A DNA stretch of 64,000 nt, from assembly GCA_051530055.1 (NCBI GenBank), contig CM121342.1, positions 10,617,480 to 10,681,479 on the forward strand, given 5' to 3'. Positions 32,570 to 44,844 of the stretch are shown here, piece after piece. The notes beneath the pieces are model-generated. The model did no database searches and had not been told where the DNA came from. It saw only the letters and a program-made list of their open reading frames with translations. How positions within the stretch are numbered: position 1 is the first letter of the stretch; each line of letters opens with the position of its first letter. This DNA comes from Neoechinorhynchus agilis. Lineage: Eukaryota > Animalia > Acanthocephala. The translations under genes and the position numbers were made by a program.

Positions 32570-35417
32570 CCCCTTTGGTTGTGCGTTACTGGCGATCGTG
32601 GATTCGAACCCTTTGACCCTGAAACAGGGATTCGGGGCGCGATTCTACTGGACCACATCTACGCACACACTTCTTATAGCTTTCTCTCCTCAAAAATCAA
32701 ACTTCACCCGATCGTCTTGGGTCCTCCATCACACTATCTATCCATCGTTTTTCGGCCTTCCCCGTTTCCTCTTCCCCTTGGCCTCAGTACGTCCGTCGCT
32801 CTTTATCCAATCGTATTCCGCTCGTTGATCGACATGATGGAACCATCGCATTCTTCTTTTGGCTATCAATTCTTATGCCTGCTCGACATCGAACACTTTT
32901 CTAGTCTCGGCATTGGGTATTTTATCCCTGCGTGTTACTCCAGCTAACCATCTCAGCATTATCATTTCATTTACAATCAATCTCTGCACGTCCTCCTTTT
33001 TTGTAGCCCAAGTCTCCGCTGCGTATACCATTGCAAGTCTTACCACTGCTTTGTACACGCTCCCTTTGAGCTTGTTCAGGAGACGTTTATCGCACAGGAT
33101 GCCCGTAACTCTTTTCCAGTTATTCCACTCGTATTGAACTCTTTGTCCGATCTCTTGTGCAAGTTCACAGGACATGTTTAACAGGCTGCCCAGATATTTG
33201 AAGTTGTTCCTCTTTTCGAAATTAACTCCCTGCATGCCTACTTCGCCTGGTCCCATATCGTTTTGCTCCTGCTAATTTTCAGGCCATTGCTTTCTAAGTG
33301 CTGTCGCCAATTCTCCAACATTTTCTCGAGTGCCACCGAGTCCCTCGCCGTAAGCACCAGATAATCTGCAAATAATATCGTCCAGGGCGCGCTCATCTTC
33401 ATCTCTGCATTTCCTAGGGCATCGATGACTGTTGCGAACAAGAATGGGATAAGCACTGAACCTTGATGTAGACCAATGGGCACCTGGAAATAATCTGTCC
33501 TTCCTATTTGACATTGCACGCTGGTGTAACACTTTTTATACATCGTTTTGATCGTGATCACATAATGCTCTGGACAGTTTCTCTTCCTCAAACAGGCCCA
33601 AATAAGGTCTCGGGCACGGTGTCATATGCTTTCTCCAGGTCGATGAACACACTGTGCAACGGACAATGCTTCTCATTAAATTTTTCATACAGCTGCCTTA
33701 GCACGAAGATCGCGTCGATTGTGCTTCTACCTGGCATAAAGCCGCGCTGGTCTTCGCTGATTGGGATCTCCTCTCTAATCCTATTGTCAACAATTCGCTC
33801 CCACAATTTCATTGTGTGGAACATCAGCTTGATGCCGCCGTAATTGCTACACCGCAGAATATTTCCTTTACCCTTAAAAATCGGCACAAGTATGCTTCTT
33901 TGCCATGCTGACGGAATATTTTGCTCTGCATCTATCTTTCGAAAGTCTAGTAAGCAGTTTGACTCCGAAGGCGTCCAAACATTTCCATAACTCAATCGGG
34001 ATGTTATCTGGACCGGTACTCTTACCAATCTTCATCTTTCTGATCTGCGATGCGACGTCATCATATGAATACGGTCTAGCCATATTGATATTCGGCTGTG
34101 CTTGTTAAATAGGCAATCTTTTATTCTCTGTGTTCAGGCGGGATCCGAAGTACTCCTTCCATCTGTTCAAAATATCGTTGTCTTGATCAAGCATCCTACC
34201 CTCACTGTCGTTGATCATTTTGTGTCGTACGATGTCCCTTGCCCTTTTGTCCCGGATTTTGGCCAACTTGAAGATAATATAGCTCCCATTATCTCTCTCC
34301 AGCTGGTCATATAGCTCTTGATCGGCTTCCCTCTTATCTTTGGCGCATTCCCGGAGGATAACTTCGGTCGTCTCATCCCACCAGGTTTTTACTTCGACCA
34401 CGTTCTCGCTTAGTTTCTGGGTGAGTTTCGACCACTTGATTTTTCGTAAGATGCTCGGTGTCTGCCGCTGAGGTCGGCCACGAGTACTCTGTGTTGCATC
34501 GCACACTCTTCGCCTAATATTGTTTTGACATTGCAGACTTTGCCCCACTTCGCTATCGGGTACAAAATAAAATCGATTGGACCTTCCACCGCTCGAGTAT
34601 GTGTGTAGGTGTCTTGGATCTTTTTGAAATTAACGCTGTTGCATAATCCAACAGTTTTACACCCTCGGCGTTTCTTGATCCTCACTGTCCACAATGGATT
34701 CGCTCGTTTCCCTCTCTCGGTCCAACGTGTCCGTTGAAATCGCCAGTTATCACATGTCATTCCCCCATAGTCCTTCTCAATTCATATAGATCCAGCCAAA
34801 ATTCATCTTTCTCCTCCTCGCTGCAACCGACCTGCGGGGCGTATGCCGCCACTACTGTCGTGGTTCCACCACTCGCGTTTATCTTCACCGCCATAATTCG
34901 ATCACTTGTTCTTTTCACTTCCATTACATCGTCGACTAGGTCTTTAGCGATTACAATACCGACCCCGTTTTTACCACTTGTTCCGCCGTTATAAATTAGT
35001 TTATAACCTTCTCCCAGTTCTTTAGCCTCGCATCCTTTCCGTCGTACTTCTTGTATGCCGAGTATCTGAATTTTTCGTTTCCTCATCAATTCTACCACTT
35101 CTCGACTTCTCCCTGTCATGGAACCAACATTCAGAGAACCAACTCTCACTTTTATGACGACTCGTTTCTTTAGCCAGGCCCGTCGCTGACCCGGTAACCC
35201 TAATTCATTTTTCGCATCCTCCGGGCGCCGAGTCTGCGCGTCGCATGAGGAGTACGCCCTAGTCAGATCGTTCGAAATTAAAAGACTTGACATTGGCATA
35301 GATAGTTTTGGCACAGGGTTTTACGACCGGATGCCCTTCCTGACGTCAACCCTCCCCCATTTACCCGGGCTTGAGACAGGCACCGAGTTTCCCCGATGGC
35401 TACAAACTCAGTTGACG
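32570..35417 (-). mobile_element. Near full-length, frameshifted RTE-clade non-LTR retrotransposon (APE + RT)
   Basis: APE: GSLNVGSMTG, LGIQE, NGVGIV, SDRIM, AYAPQVG; RT: GPDNIP, FMPGRSTIDAIF, FIDLEKAYD, GLHQGS, LFAD; FKYLGS. Confidence 0.92.
35344..35417 (-). ncRNA. Decayed twister ribozyme (type P1-like) at the RTE 5' terminus
   Basis: P1 CGTCAAC/GTTGACG; P3 hairpin ATCGGG-gaaa-CTCGGT; 3' half GCCTGTCTCAAGCCCGGGTAAATGGGGGAGGG resembles the remembered twister consensus GCCGGUCCCAAGCCCGGAUAAA..GGAGGG. Confidence 0.6.
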
Positions 35418-35610
35418 AAATCGGTTTGCTCAACCGCATGTTTTTATCATTTAGAAATGTTTCCTTATTTTAATGCCGAACAACGTAGGCGATATGTTTT
35501 TATTATGCTCCAATTATAAAGAATACTGAATGTCGATTGTTCGCTAAGCTCTCTCTCTCAGGCAGGCTTTTACTAAATAGTTTTCACATTTTCAGATTTG
35601 CTAGCTTTAT

Positions 35611-36219
35611 ATGCCGCTTTGTCCGTATTTCCTAACCAATCGAATTTGTATTATTCAAGAAGGATATTGTCATCCGATCGTGAATAGTCAAGACGTAGAA
35701 GCCGATAGCACAGTTACATTGATTACGTTTGATACATTTAATGTCTTAGTCGATACGGGTGGAGCTTGGCGTAAGCTTGCTATTCAGGAAGCCATAAAAC
35801 AAACGATATCTTCCCTGGACTTCGTTACTTATGTTGTATGCACGCATGGACATTCTGACCATTGTGGAAATCTGAACCTTTTCCCAAATGCAGTTCATAT
35901 TGTCGGATTCGACATGAATCACAAACAAAGATATATTGCGAACCGTTTAAAGAACGGAGAATCAATTGATCTTGCTGATGGTCTTATAAAAGTGGTTCCA
36001 ACGCCCGGTCATACCGACGCTGATGTGAGCGTCATTGTATTTGATGATCATTTTGTTGTAGCCATCGTCGGCGATTTGATAGAATGCCAGAATGATGAGG
36101 AAAAGTGGCAAATGAACACTACAAATCAGTCGTTGCAATTACAATCAAGATCATTTATCTACGAGAGATGGAAACCTGCTTATATTGTTCCTGGGCATGG
36201 ACCTCCGTTCAAGTTATGA
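35611..36219 (+). CDS. MBLAC1: Metallo-beta-lactamase domain protein (MBLAC1-like)
   Basis: VLVDTG, THGHSDHCGN, PTPGHT, GDL, PGHG; short single-domain ORF. Confidence 0.85.
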   Translation: MPLCPYFLTNRICIIQEGYCHPIVNSQDVEADSTVTLITFDTFNVLVDTGGAWRKLAIQEAIKQTISSLDFVTYVVCTHGHSDHCGNLNLFPNAVHIVGFDMNHKQRYIANRLKNGESIDLADGLIKVVPTPGHTDADVSVIVFDDHFVVAIVGDLIECQNDEEKWQMNTTNQSLQLQSRSFIYERWKPAYIVPGHGPPFKL

Positions 36220-36374
36220 TTTGCGGGCGGTTGTACAATCTCGAAAAATTTGATAACAGCGTCCACTGTAACTTCAGTCATAAAACAACAAGAACTCAAT
36301 GAGCCATTAAAAATGGTCATCGATCTATTTCAACACACACGTTATGGTTACAAATTTGTAAAGATGTCCATCAT

Positions 36375-36540
36375 TAATTTTTCTATAACGAATTATTGTA
36401 ATTGATTTATTTGATAATTTTCGGCCTTCGCGTAGGCCTTCTTCAGTATATCTAAAATACACCCAAGAAGCATTCAATTTCGTTTATCCGGTAGACTGAA
36501 GACGGCCTATCAAATAAATCAATTATTATAATTCGCTATC
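36375..36540. mobile_element. Palindromic hammerhead-type mini-element
   Basis: - strand CTGAAGA-A-GGCC-tacgcgaa-GGCC-GAAA; + arm has an internally deleted copy; similar core at ~37320-37350. Confidence 0.6.
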
Positions 36541-37561
36541 AAAAAGGTTACAAATTTTGAGAGCGCACGAAATTTCCATCTACGTGACTAAAATATTGAA
36601 GCCTTTCACGTTTATGCTCGAAGATTGAACGAATCATGCTTGTTTATGGCGTACAAACAAAAAGAATTTATTTAATCCGATATTTCGTAAGCACAACCAA
36701 TGACAACCGCGTACAAGATTGTACCGGTTATTTTTACGCCATAAACAAGCATTTCACGTAGAATTCTTCCCGAAATAAGGCAAGATCAATTAGCTGTATC
36801 GGTTCAAAATTATCTATTTAAAAAGAGGACATTTGAACACTCCTAGTTTTTGTTTTCACTTAAGCGATCACTTTATTCGATAATAAATTCCTCCTTTTGG
36901 TTTTAAACCAGTCTGGAATGAGATTAAGTAGTAAATTCGAAGAAAATGCACCTACAAAAATAGGAGATTCTATAGTCGAAAACTAAAAAACGAACTTAGC
37001 GACAATTCTCAATGAATGTGCAAAATAAAAATCTTATTTACTTAAACATGCGAAAATATTATTTAACGAGGAAAATTTTAATTTGTCTATTACTTTTGAA
37101 ATTTAAAACCTCATCTCGTGCGCATAGAAAATTGAAAAAAACTAGTCACCAATTCGAAATAAATCAGTTTTTATTTTTTGTTTTTTAGAAAAGTATGAAA
37201 AAGACTTCTATTTTTAACCTTCCCCAATTTAATATTACGTCGCTTTTTAGCCCTTCGAACTGAGAAAACGACGACTTCGAAAAGCTTCAGTTGATTCAGA
37301 AATAGATTTATCTTGAAATTTTTTGGCCTTTTCGTTGGCCTTCTTCAGTCAATTGTTAACTGAAACTGTAATGAATAATTTCTTTACAACTTCAAAAAGC
37401 ATCAATCGAGTCCCTAAGAATGCTTTAGTGTTTGACTGTAACGTTCTTGACACAATCTTTGATACTTAAAGATAAAATCCATGAGTGCGTAGAAGTAGGG
37501 AAAATTTTTATATCAAAGAATCAGTTAAGGCGAACTCACATATTTAAAAACTTACAAACAA

Positions 37562-37608
37562 TAATTGACTGAGGAAGTCCAGTGTGATTGGACGAAATAT
37601 TTCAATTA
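37562..37608 (+). ncRNA. Complete minimal type-I hammerhead ribozyme fold
   Basis: Stem I TAATTGA/TCAATTA; core CTGAGGA plus extra A; stem II GTCC/GGAC; GAA; palindromic ATAT stem III; H17=U; inside an inverted-repeat element ~37487-37645. Confidence 0.7.
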
Positions 37609-38373
37609 GAGTGATTCTTTGATATAAAATTTTTCCTCACTTCCACATATCTTTGATAGTTCACTTCTTTTAAGTTGTAAAGTATTTAAGTAGTTCACGT
37701 CGAGAGAATTCTCTTTTGAGTCCAAAAAACGGACAAATTGCCAGATATTGACGACACCCTGCGCCTTATTTTAAAAATACGGCTTAATTGCTGATCAAAT
37801 GAAAAATCATTTTAGATACAAAATAATCTCTGTGTCAGCTGCTCTAACCGATTTTCTTATATCATTTATTTTGCAATTCTTAAGTTCCTTTTTTAAGTTT
37901 CCTGGATTTCTTTTTAATGAGCGTCCTCTTTTCAAAACATGTATTCGTACATGGAGTTCTTCCATTAAGGTTTCAAGTAAAAGACGGACGATTTTTTTCG
38001 TGAGGCTAAGCGATTATGTTCAAACTTATTTCCATGCTCTCATCCGAATATAGGATTGTTTGTATCTGTCGTAAAAATTGATGGAATTTATTAGATCCGA
38101 TATTTCGGCGCACAATCTTGTGCTTTTAAGTATCTACAGGAAAAACAATTTAGATAAATGCGTACAAGATTGTGCCTCCGAAATATTGGTTTTACACTAC
38201 ATACAAACATGAACAATTCAATCTTCAAACAGAATATAGGATTATCTAAAAAGAAGTTCGCATAATTCTAAGCGTCATACGGTTAGATGAGTTTCCTTCA
38301 TTTTTTTGCATTTTCGTCGATACAATCATCGTGCCTTCGATTAAAACATTACATTAATTTGCACCTTTTTAGT

Positions 38374-39213
38374 ATGGAAAACGACGAGTATCAACGTGTG
38401 GTTGGTGGTCGTCTCAAGCTTAAAACATTGCCCGGTCGAAGTTCCAGAAAGCGGAAACGAGCAACTCGTTTACAGATCACAAAAACGGATATAATAAGAC
38501 ATAATGTTGAAGCTGAACAAGACACCATTGATCATTGCGGATGGTGGATCATTAAAAAGCCTCAACAGTTATCAGGACCAGTCGTTTTCCAACTGCCCGG
38601 CGATTGTTATCTCTCGGCTCTTGACACAGGTAACCTCGTAGCAGAACCATACACAAACGGCGAACCAGCACCACATCAAATTTTTAATGCCGTAAGATTA
38701 GATGGCTTACTATCGGCTGTGATCTCAATGGGTGGAACTGCTTTGACACCGGTGCCAGAAGATAAATTCGCTTTTAAGACCGGATTCGGACGGTATGTTT
38801 CTGCGGTGATTTCCGGCGATGGAAGACCGCATGTTTCGGCAGCTGAAGCGGAAGCGATTGGTCCTCTTGAACAATGGGTCGTTTCCGAAGTGACCAGCGG
38901 AATGTTTGTGATCAAACAAGCTTTTCTTCATAAAGAACACCGAGCTGCATTGGCTGGAGGTAATCCTATTATTGTTAGATCCAAAGAAAAGAATGAACAA
39001 AACGAACCATCCAGTGATTTACATGTTTGTCAAGATGACCTTAAACAAGTGGAAGAGAATTGCGTTAGGATGTATCAAAAATTCCAGGATAAGAAACTTA
39101 AACTCAATCCACGTTGTGTCAGTGAGTTAAAAGTGGCAAAGAAGCAAGGACTTTTACATGAGAAAATGCTGGATAGACGGGAGAAAATGAAGTCTGATCG
39201 GTATTGCAAATGA
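38374..39213 (+). CDS. FRG1: FRG1 homolog, intronless
   Basis: GWW, YLSALDTG, FKTGFGRYV, EAIGPLEQW, YQKFQDKKL, LHEKMLDRREKMKSDRYCK. Confidence 0.95.
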   Translation: MENDEYQRVVGGRLKLKTLPGRSSRKRKRATRLQITKTDIIRHNVEAEQDTIDHCGWWIIKKPQQLSGPVVFQLPGDCYLSALDTGNLVAEPYTNGEPAPHQIFNAVRLDGLLSAVISMGGTALTPVPEDKFAFKTGFGRYVSAVISGDGRPHVSAAEAEAIGPLEQWVVSEVTSGMFVIKQAFLHKEHRAALAGGNPIIVRSKEKNEQNEPSSDLHVCQDDLKQVEENCVRMYQKFQDKKLKLNPRCVSELKVAKKQGLLHEKMLDRREKMKSDRYCK

Positions 39214-40229
39214 ATGTTATGAGAGCGGAAATGAAACGGACGTTTAAAATAGTATTTTGTCTCTGGCCAATAAAAGCACGTAAGTCGACGTCTAAATTGA
39301 GTGCAAATTAGTCGTTAGGACTATAAGATTTTATTCAGCATTGAGCATGAGGAATCAAAAGACTGTGATAAAAGTGGAGATAGTATAATAATAGTTAATT
39401 GATTTATTTGTAAGACCATTGTAAGCTGAACTTCCTAAGCTCACCAGCTCAGGCAGAAGGTAGGGAGTTGATATGCTTGAAAAGGGGTATATGTTCTCGA
39501 GGCAGGACCTTTGGAATAAAAAAAGAAGCTGGAGATAGCCCAAGTTATAATTGATGCTAATTAACATTATAATATCGAATAGAAAATATATCATATGTTT
39601 TATTGAATCAGCGGTTATTACTAAATCGGACGCCTCGCTTCATGAGACCTTCAAAACCATGAATCGCGAAATATCTCGATTTAATGAAAGGTACTGTTTA
39701 GATATTATATCGACCACAGCTAATTTTTTTATAAATTACACGTTTACCTAAGTACCGTCTACTTGCGATGATCGATATAATACATAAGTACCTAATGAAA
39801 CATAAATTATACTACCTTCGTTCCGTAATACTTGTCATAATATAATCTCAAATATTTTATATGTTTTATTAAATAGGTGTTATATTTCATGATTCATTGT
39901 TTAAGAGGTTTTGAACTAATCCAAATGTGATAACGTTTGTCCAACGGAGGTATTACCAATCACACAATAAAGCGTACGTTAATTCATTCAAATCTATTGA
40001 AAAACGTTTACTCCTCAAAACTGTGTTTACATCGAAGCACACAAACTGAACATTCCAATTAGGCTTTTAACTATAAACGAAGCGTTTTTCCTGTCACCCA
40101 AACGCAAATCAAGTTCGCGTTGAGCTCCGATTTTAGTACGAATGTAATTTTAGGCTTATCCGCTCGTTCACATCGATATGGAATATTTTGTGTTATTCTA
40201 AAGAAGTTGTTTTCGTGGATATATTTTTT

Positions 40230-40800
40230 TGTGATTGAGAAAAAAACGATTAATTTGTTGATTACCTTTTCACAATATTTCGTCGGGCTTCTTCAGTTTG
40301 CTGACACGAGCTTACATATTACAAAATACTTACAAGCAACACGAAGCCCGACGAGACGGACGAAATATTGCGAACAGGGAATCAATAAATTAATCTGTTA
40401 GTCAAAAAGATGGCTTATACACCGAAAAATCCCTTTAATTCATTAAATAACGTTTGACCGCCAGTATCAGTTTCGTACCATCAGGCAAAAAATAATTCGC
40501 AAAGTTGTTTCCGTGGACAGATTTTGTTTGATGATTGAGAAAAAGAAGAGATTAATTTATTATTTATGACGATTGGCCAGCCGGTAACTTATATCGATGT
40601 GTGGCCTATTATGACACGGCTGTTAATTTTTGGGCACCCAAAAATTAACAGCCAATTTATTAGTTCCTTTTCACAATATTTCGTCGGGCTCGTGGGACGA
40701 ACTTAATCAACCTTTTAGACCTGAAGAAGGTTGAGACGGACGAAATATTGTTAAAAACGAATTAATAAATTAATCTCCTTTTTTCTCAATCACCAAATAG
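40230..40800. mobile_element. Two further copies of the 11234-type palindromic element; the second carries a nested structured repeat
   Basis: gattaattt..cacaatatttcgtc..gacggacgaaatattg..aataaattaatct arms twice; nested insert ~40560-40660 flanked by aatttatt. Confidence 0.7.
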
Positions 40801-41397
40801 AAGATATTCGGTGTTTAGATCATCAAATACACGGGTTTTTCTTTAGGCAGAGAGTAAACCGATATCTTGGGGGTTAGGAAATCAGGAGGCGGGACTGTGA
40901 TTTTACCCACTAATGAGTCGTTCCCTGATCCAATATATCGATTGGCTGTGTGCCTAAAGAAACCGACCCACCAGAAGACAAAATGCGAATCGTCCATATC
41001 CGCTTTTATGAATAAAATGCGCGCTTTTAGTACGAAAGAAACATGAGTGAAAATTTAAGCAAAATTCATCCTTCAGAATTTTGTATGATGCGGGTTATCA
41101 CACGAAGCTTTCGCTTTTTAGGGTTCATTTTTATTTTCGCTCTTTATCTTTTACGTTTAATTGCCATTTTTAGGGTTTTGGTTGGTTAATGTTTTCGTGA
41201 GGCACCGTTACATTATGCCGAATTTGATCGTATTCCACCCCCTCCCATTATTTCTTAATGCGTTTGCTCGCCTATGATATCATCGCACTTATCGATTCTT
41301 TCGTGCTTGATTCCAAAATGGATTGTTATTTTGCTTAGCTGAATTTTATCCCTCTAACACTGAATCTATTAACCAATTTCTTAGAGATTTGTAAGCG

Positions 41398-44300
41398 ATG
41401 GAAGTGTTACTCAATGCTCTCGAGAAAACTACGAGCTCTGATCCCGCCGAACTTCGATTCATCGATGGGTTTCTTCGGCAAGCTTCGTCCAACAACTACC
41501 CAGAATTTGTACTCCATTTAAGTTCAGTTCTATGCAATAGTGAAGCCAGTGATGTTGCAAGATTCCAAGCGGCTATACAGATTAAGAATTCGATCCGCTC
41601 AACCGATCCCAGCACACGGCGATCGAACCTCGATCGTTGGCGAGCATTACCGGATGCGTTGAAACAACAAGTCCGTCGGAATTGTTTAGCCGCTCTCGGA
41701 ACAGAGCGAAGACGCCCTTCTCAGGCTGCCCAATGTATTGGTGCCATCGCTTGCTGTGATTTCCCAATCAAAGCGTGGCCAGATCTCATTCCACAACTGT
41801 CAACCAATATCTTAAAGGTTGATACTTCAGAGGCTTTAAGGATTTCTAGTCTTGAATCAATTGGTTACGTTTGCCAAGATCTGGATGATAGTGCAATCAA
41901 TCCGGAGGATTCGAATAAGGTTTTGACTGCGATTGTACATGGAATGAGAGCTGGAGAAACAAGTGATGATGTTAAGTTGGCGGCAGCAAACGCTATGTTG
42001 AATTCCCTCGAATTCTGCCAACGAAATTTTGAAGTGGATCGGGAACGGCATTATATCATGCAAGTCATCTGCGAATGTCAAAATCCTGAATTTCTCGGGT
42101 TTTTTGGCCGAATATTTTGTAGTACCCATCCCCTCGTTTGGTTATTCTTTCATTATTTCTCCCCCCCAATATTTCGCTTGTCGGATAACTGCGACATTTT
42201 CCCATGGGTTTGTCATTGTTTGCAAGTGTTAAATCCGTATTTTGGTTTCATATTCTTCCAAATGTCTTTTTTCGTAGCTGATGATTGTCGCCTACAAGAA
42301 TCGCGTTAAGTTCTCAAAAGATTTTACGTTATCTCAAACTATAATTTTGTAAACATATGCAAACGAGCTTTTTTAAATATTTTTCAAATCATATTATCGA
42401 CGAATCCAGGATGTGTACGCAATCCCAGAATGTAAAGATTCGCGTGGTTTCTCTACAAATTCTGGTAAAGGTGGTTAGCCTCTACTACGTCTACCTCGCT
42501 AGTTACATGGAGCGAGCATTGTTCGCCATAACGATGGATGCGATGCAAAGTCCGGTTGATGAAATAGCACTTCAAGGCATAGAATTCTGGAGTACTTTAT
42601 GTGAGGAGGAACTGGTCATGATGCTCAATGCGTCCACTAGCGACCAACCCTTAAAAGCGTCCAGTTCTCAGTACGCCGAAAAAGGCTGTGCGTATCTACT
42701 TCCAACACTACTCGAACGCCTTAAACATACCGCTGAAGAAATTTCGGATGACGATTGGAATCCCGCCAAAGCCGCCAGTGTATGTCTTCTTCTATTATCT
42801 GAATGTGTCGATAACAAAGTCGTTCAGCCCGTCGTTCAATTCGTCCAAACTAATTTAGGATCGAGTGCATGGAATTACAGGGAAGCCGCTATAATCGCAT
42901 TTGGGTCAATCATGATCGGTCTCAATGCCGACATTCTGGTTGAATATGTTTCGGATGCTCTTCCCGTTCTACTTGGAATCGCCGTCCAAGATCCCAGTGA
43001 AGCCGTTCGTGATACAACCTTGTGGACAATTGGACGAATTTGCGACTCGGTGCATACGGTTGCATTGTCCGACACGTTTCTACCACAAATCGTTCAAGTA
43101 CTCACATCAGCCGTCGAAGAGCAATCACCAAGAGTCGCCTATAACGCTTGCTGGGCTCTAGGAAGTCTTAGTGAAACTGCTTTCAGGCTTGCATTGGAAT
43201 CAGAAGGTCTACCTACTGATGGTACACCTACATCGTACAGACTTAGCAGTGTCATCGCTCCCATAATTGAACATCTCATTCGAGCAACCGATAGACCCGA
43301 TGCTAATGACCATAACTTATATTATGCTGCTTATGAAACGATTTCCGCAATTGTACGATTCAGTCCAAAAGATTGCAATCCAATCATTGCTAAACTATAT
43401 GAACTCATGGTTCAACGACTTTATCGGACAGTTGATCCAGCTTCTGCTTCGGCTGATGGTAATGCCGAAGTACAAGGTGTCATTTGCGCCACCCTGCAGG
43501 CCATTTTACTTAAAATCGATTTTGTTCAAGCGGAAAGAGCTTCCAGTCAACTTGTCGCATGTCTACTAGCGATCATTGGAACCAAAGATTCATCGGCCGC
43601 TCATGAGGATGCTATCACTACCATTTCTGCTCTATGCGACAGTAAGTGTTTTTTCTTCCACTAAACCAATTTAAAAATTCTTTTACGATGTAAACGTGAT
43701 TTCGAGACCTTTTGAAATATTTTAAAATCACATTTTCACAATTTCCATCAAGTTGTTTGTTAAGAGAGTAAATTCTTTGTTTTTTAAAAAAGAGGCTTTT
43801 CTAACTCCTTAATTTTCCGTTTTCTCTTTAACGATTACTATTTTTATTTATTGTCCCCATCTCTTTCGAACAGATATGACAACTCTATTTGTCGAGCACA
43901 TTGATAAAATCCTAAATGTGGTGACATCGTCTATAAGCCGCACGGATTCCAAGCAGGTTTGTTTAATTTAACACAAAAACTTTTTTCGCTTAAACGCCAA
44001 CTAGATCCAGTTGGCTGCGGTTGGATTATTTTCGGACATTTGCCGCATATCTATTCAATCTCCGAATTTGTCATTCTGTGAATCGTGTGTTCCGATTATT
44101 TTAAGTCAACTTTCGAATGAGAAAATCAATCGTGAAGTCAAATCTCAAATGTTGTCATCGATAGGAGACGTTGCCCTTTGTATGGGCATTCACTATACCA
44201 AATTCCTCGAACAAACGATGCAAGTTTTGACACAAGCAATGGTCATTAGTCTAAGTCAATCGAATTCAGCTGCTCAATCGGAATACAACGAATCTTTGTT

Positions 44301-44844
44301 GGATAATTGTCTTTTAGCCTTAGCAGGCATTCTGAACGGTGTCTTAGAACCAGCCGTGAATCCTTCAAACAGTCACGATCCCGTCTACGAACAAGTGTAT
44401 TCGATCGCAACCCAATACACTGTATTTATGATTGATTACATCGAAGCTGTCCTTTCACGAGATGACATCAACGTCAGTACATCGAGTCAATCGGTCATTC
44501 TTGGAACATTAATAGATATTCTTTCTTCAAATCTTATGCAAGCCCGGGCTCATTTGAATTCCAAGAAATCCATTCACCATTACGCAGAAAGGTTGGCCAT
44601 TATGACCGAAGCTCCCAAAGTACAAAGAATGGCCGACTGGATTCGACAACATCTCAGATTCTCGAACATGCAAACTCACACTGCCTATCAGGATTCTATG
44701 CGCCCAACTTCCGGCGGAACACCATACCAGTCAAATCAATTTAACTTGCCGGCTGTGGTACCGAATGTTCAATCAAACACTGGAGTGCTGGATTTGAGCG
44801 GTAGTACGGAAAACACGGCGATGCTTCATACTTCTCACCAGTAA
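41398..44844 (+). CDS. KPNB1: Importin beta-1, four exons; introns ~42077-42414 (probably non-canonical), 43642-43873 and 43957-44004 (GT-AG)
   Basis: ARFQAAIQIKN, SQAAQCIGAIA, WPDLIP, NFEVDRERHYIMQVICE, QGIEFWSTLCEEE, DDDWNPAKAASVCL, WNYREAA, VRDTTLWTIGRIC. Confidence 0.95.

Noticed and set aside
38700-38765. ~18-aa insertion in FRG1 as a retained non-canonical intron
   Set aside because: In frame, no stop, no terminal stem evident; treated as a protein loop insertion.
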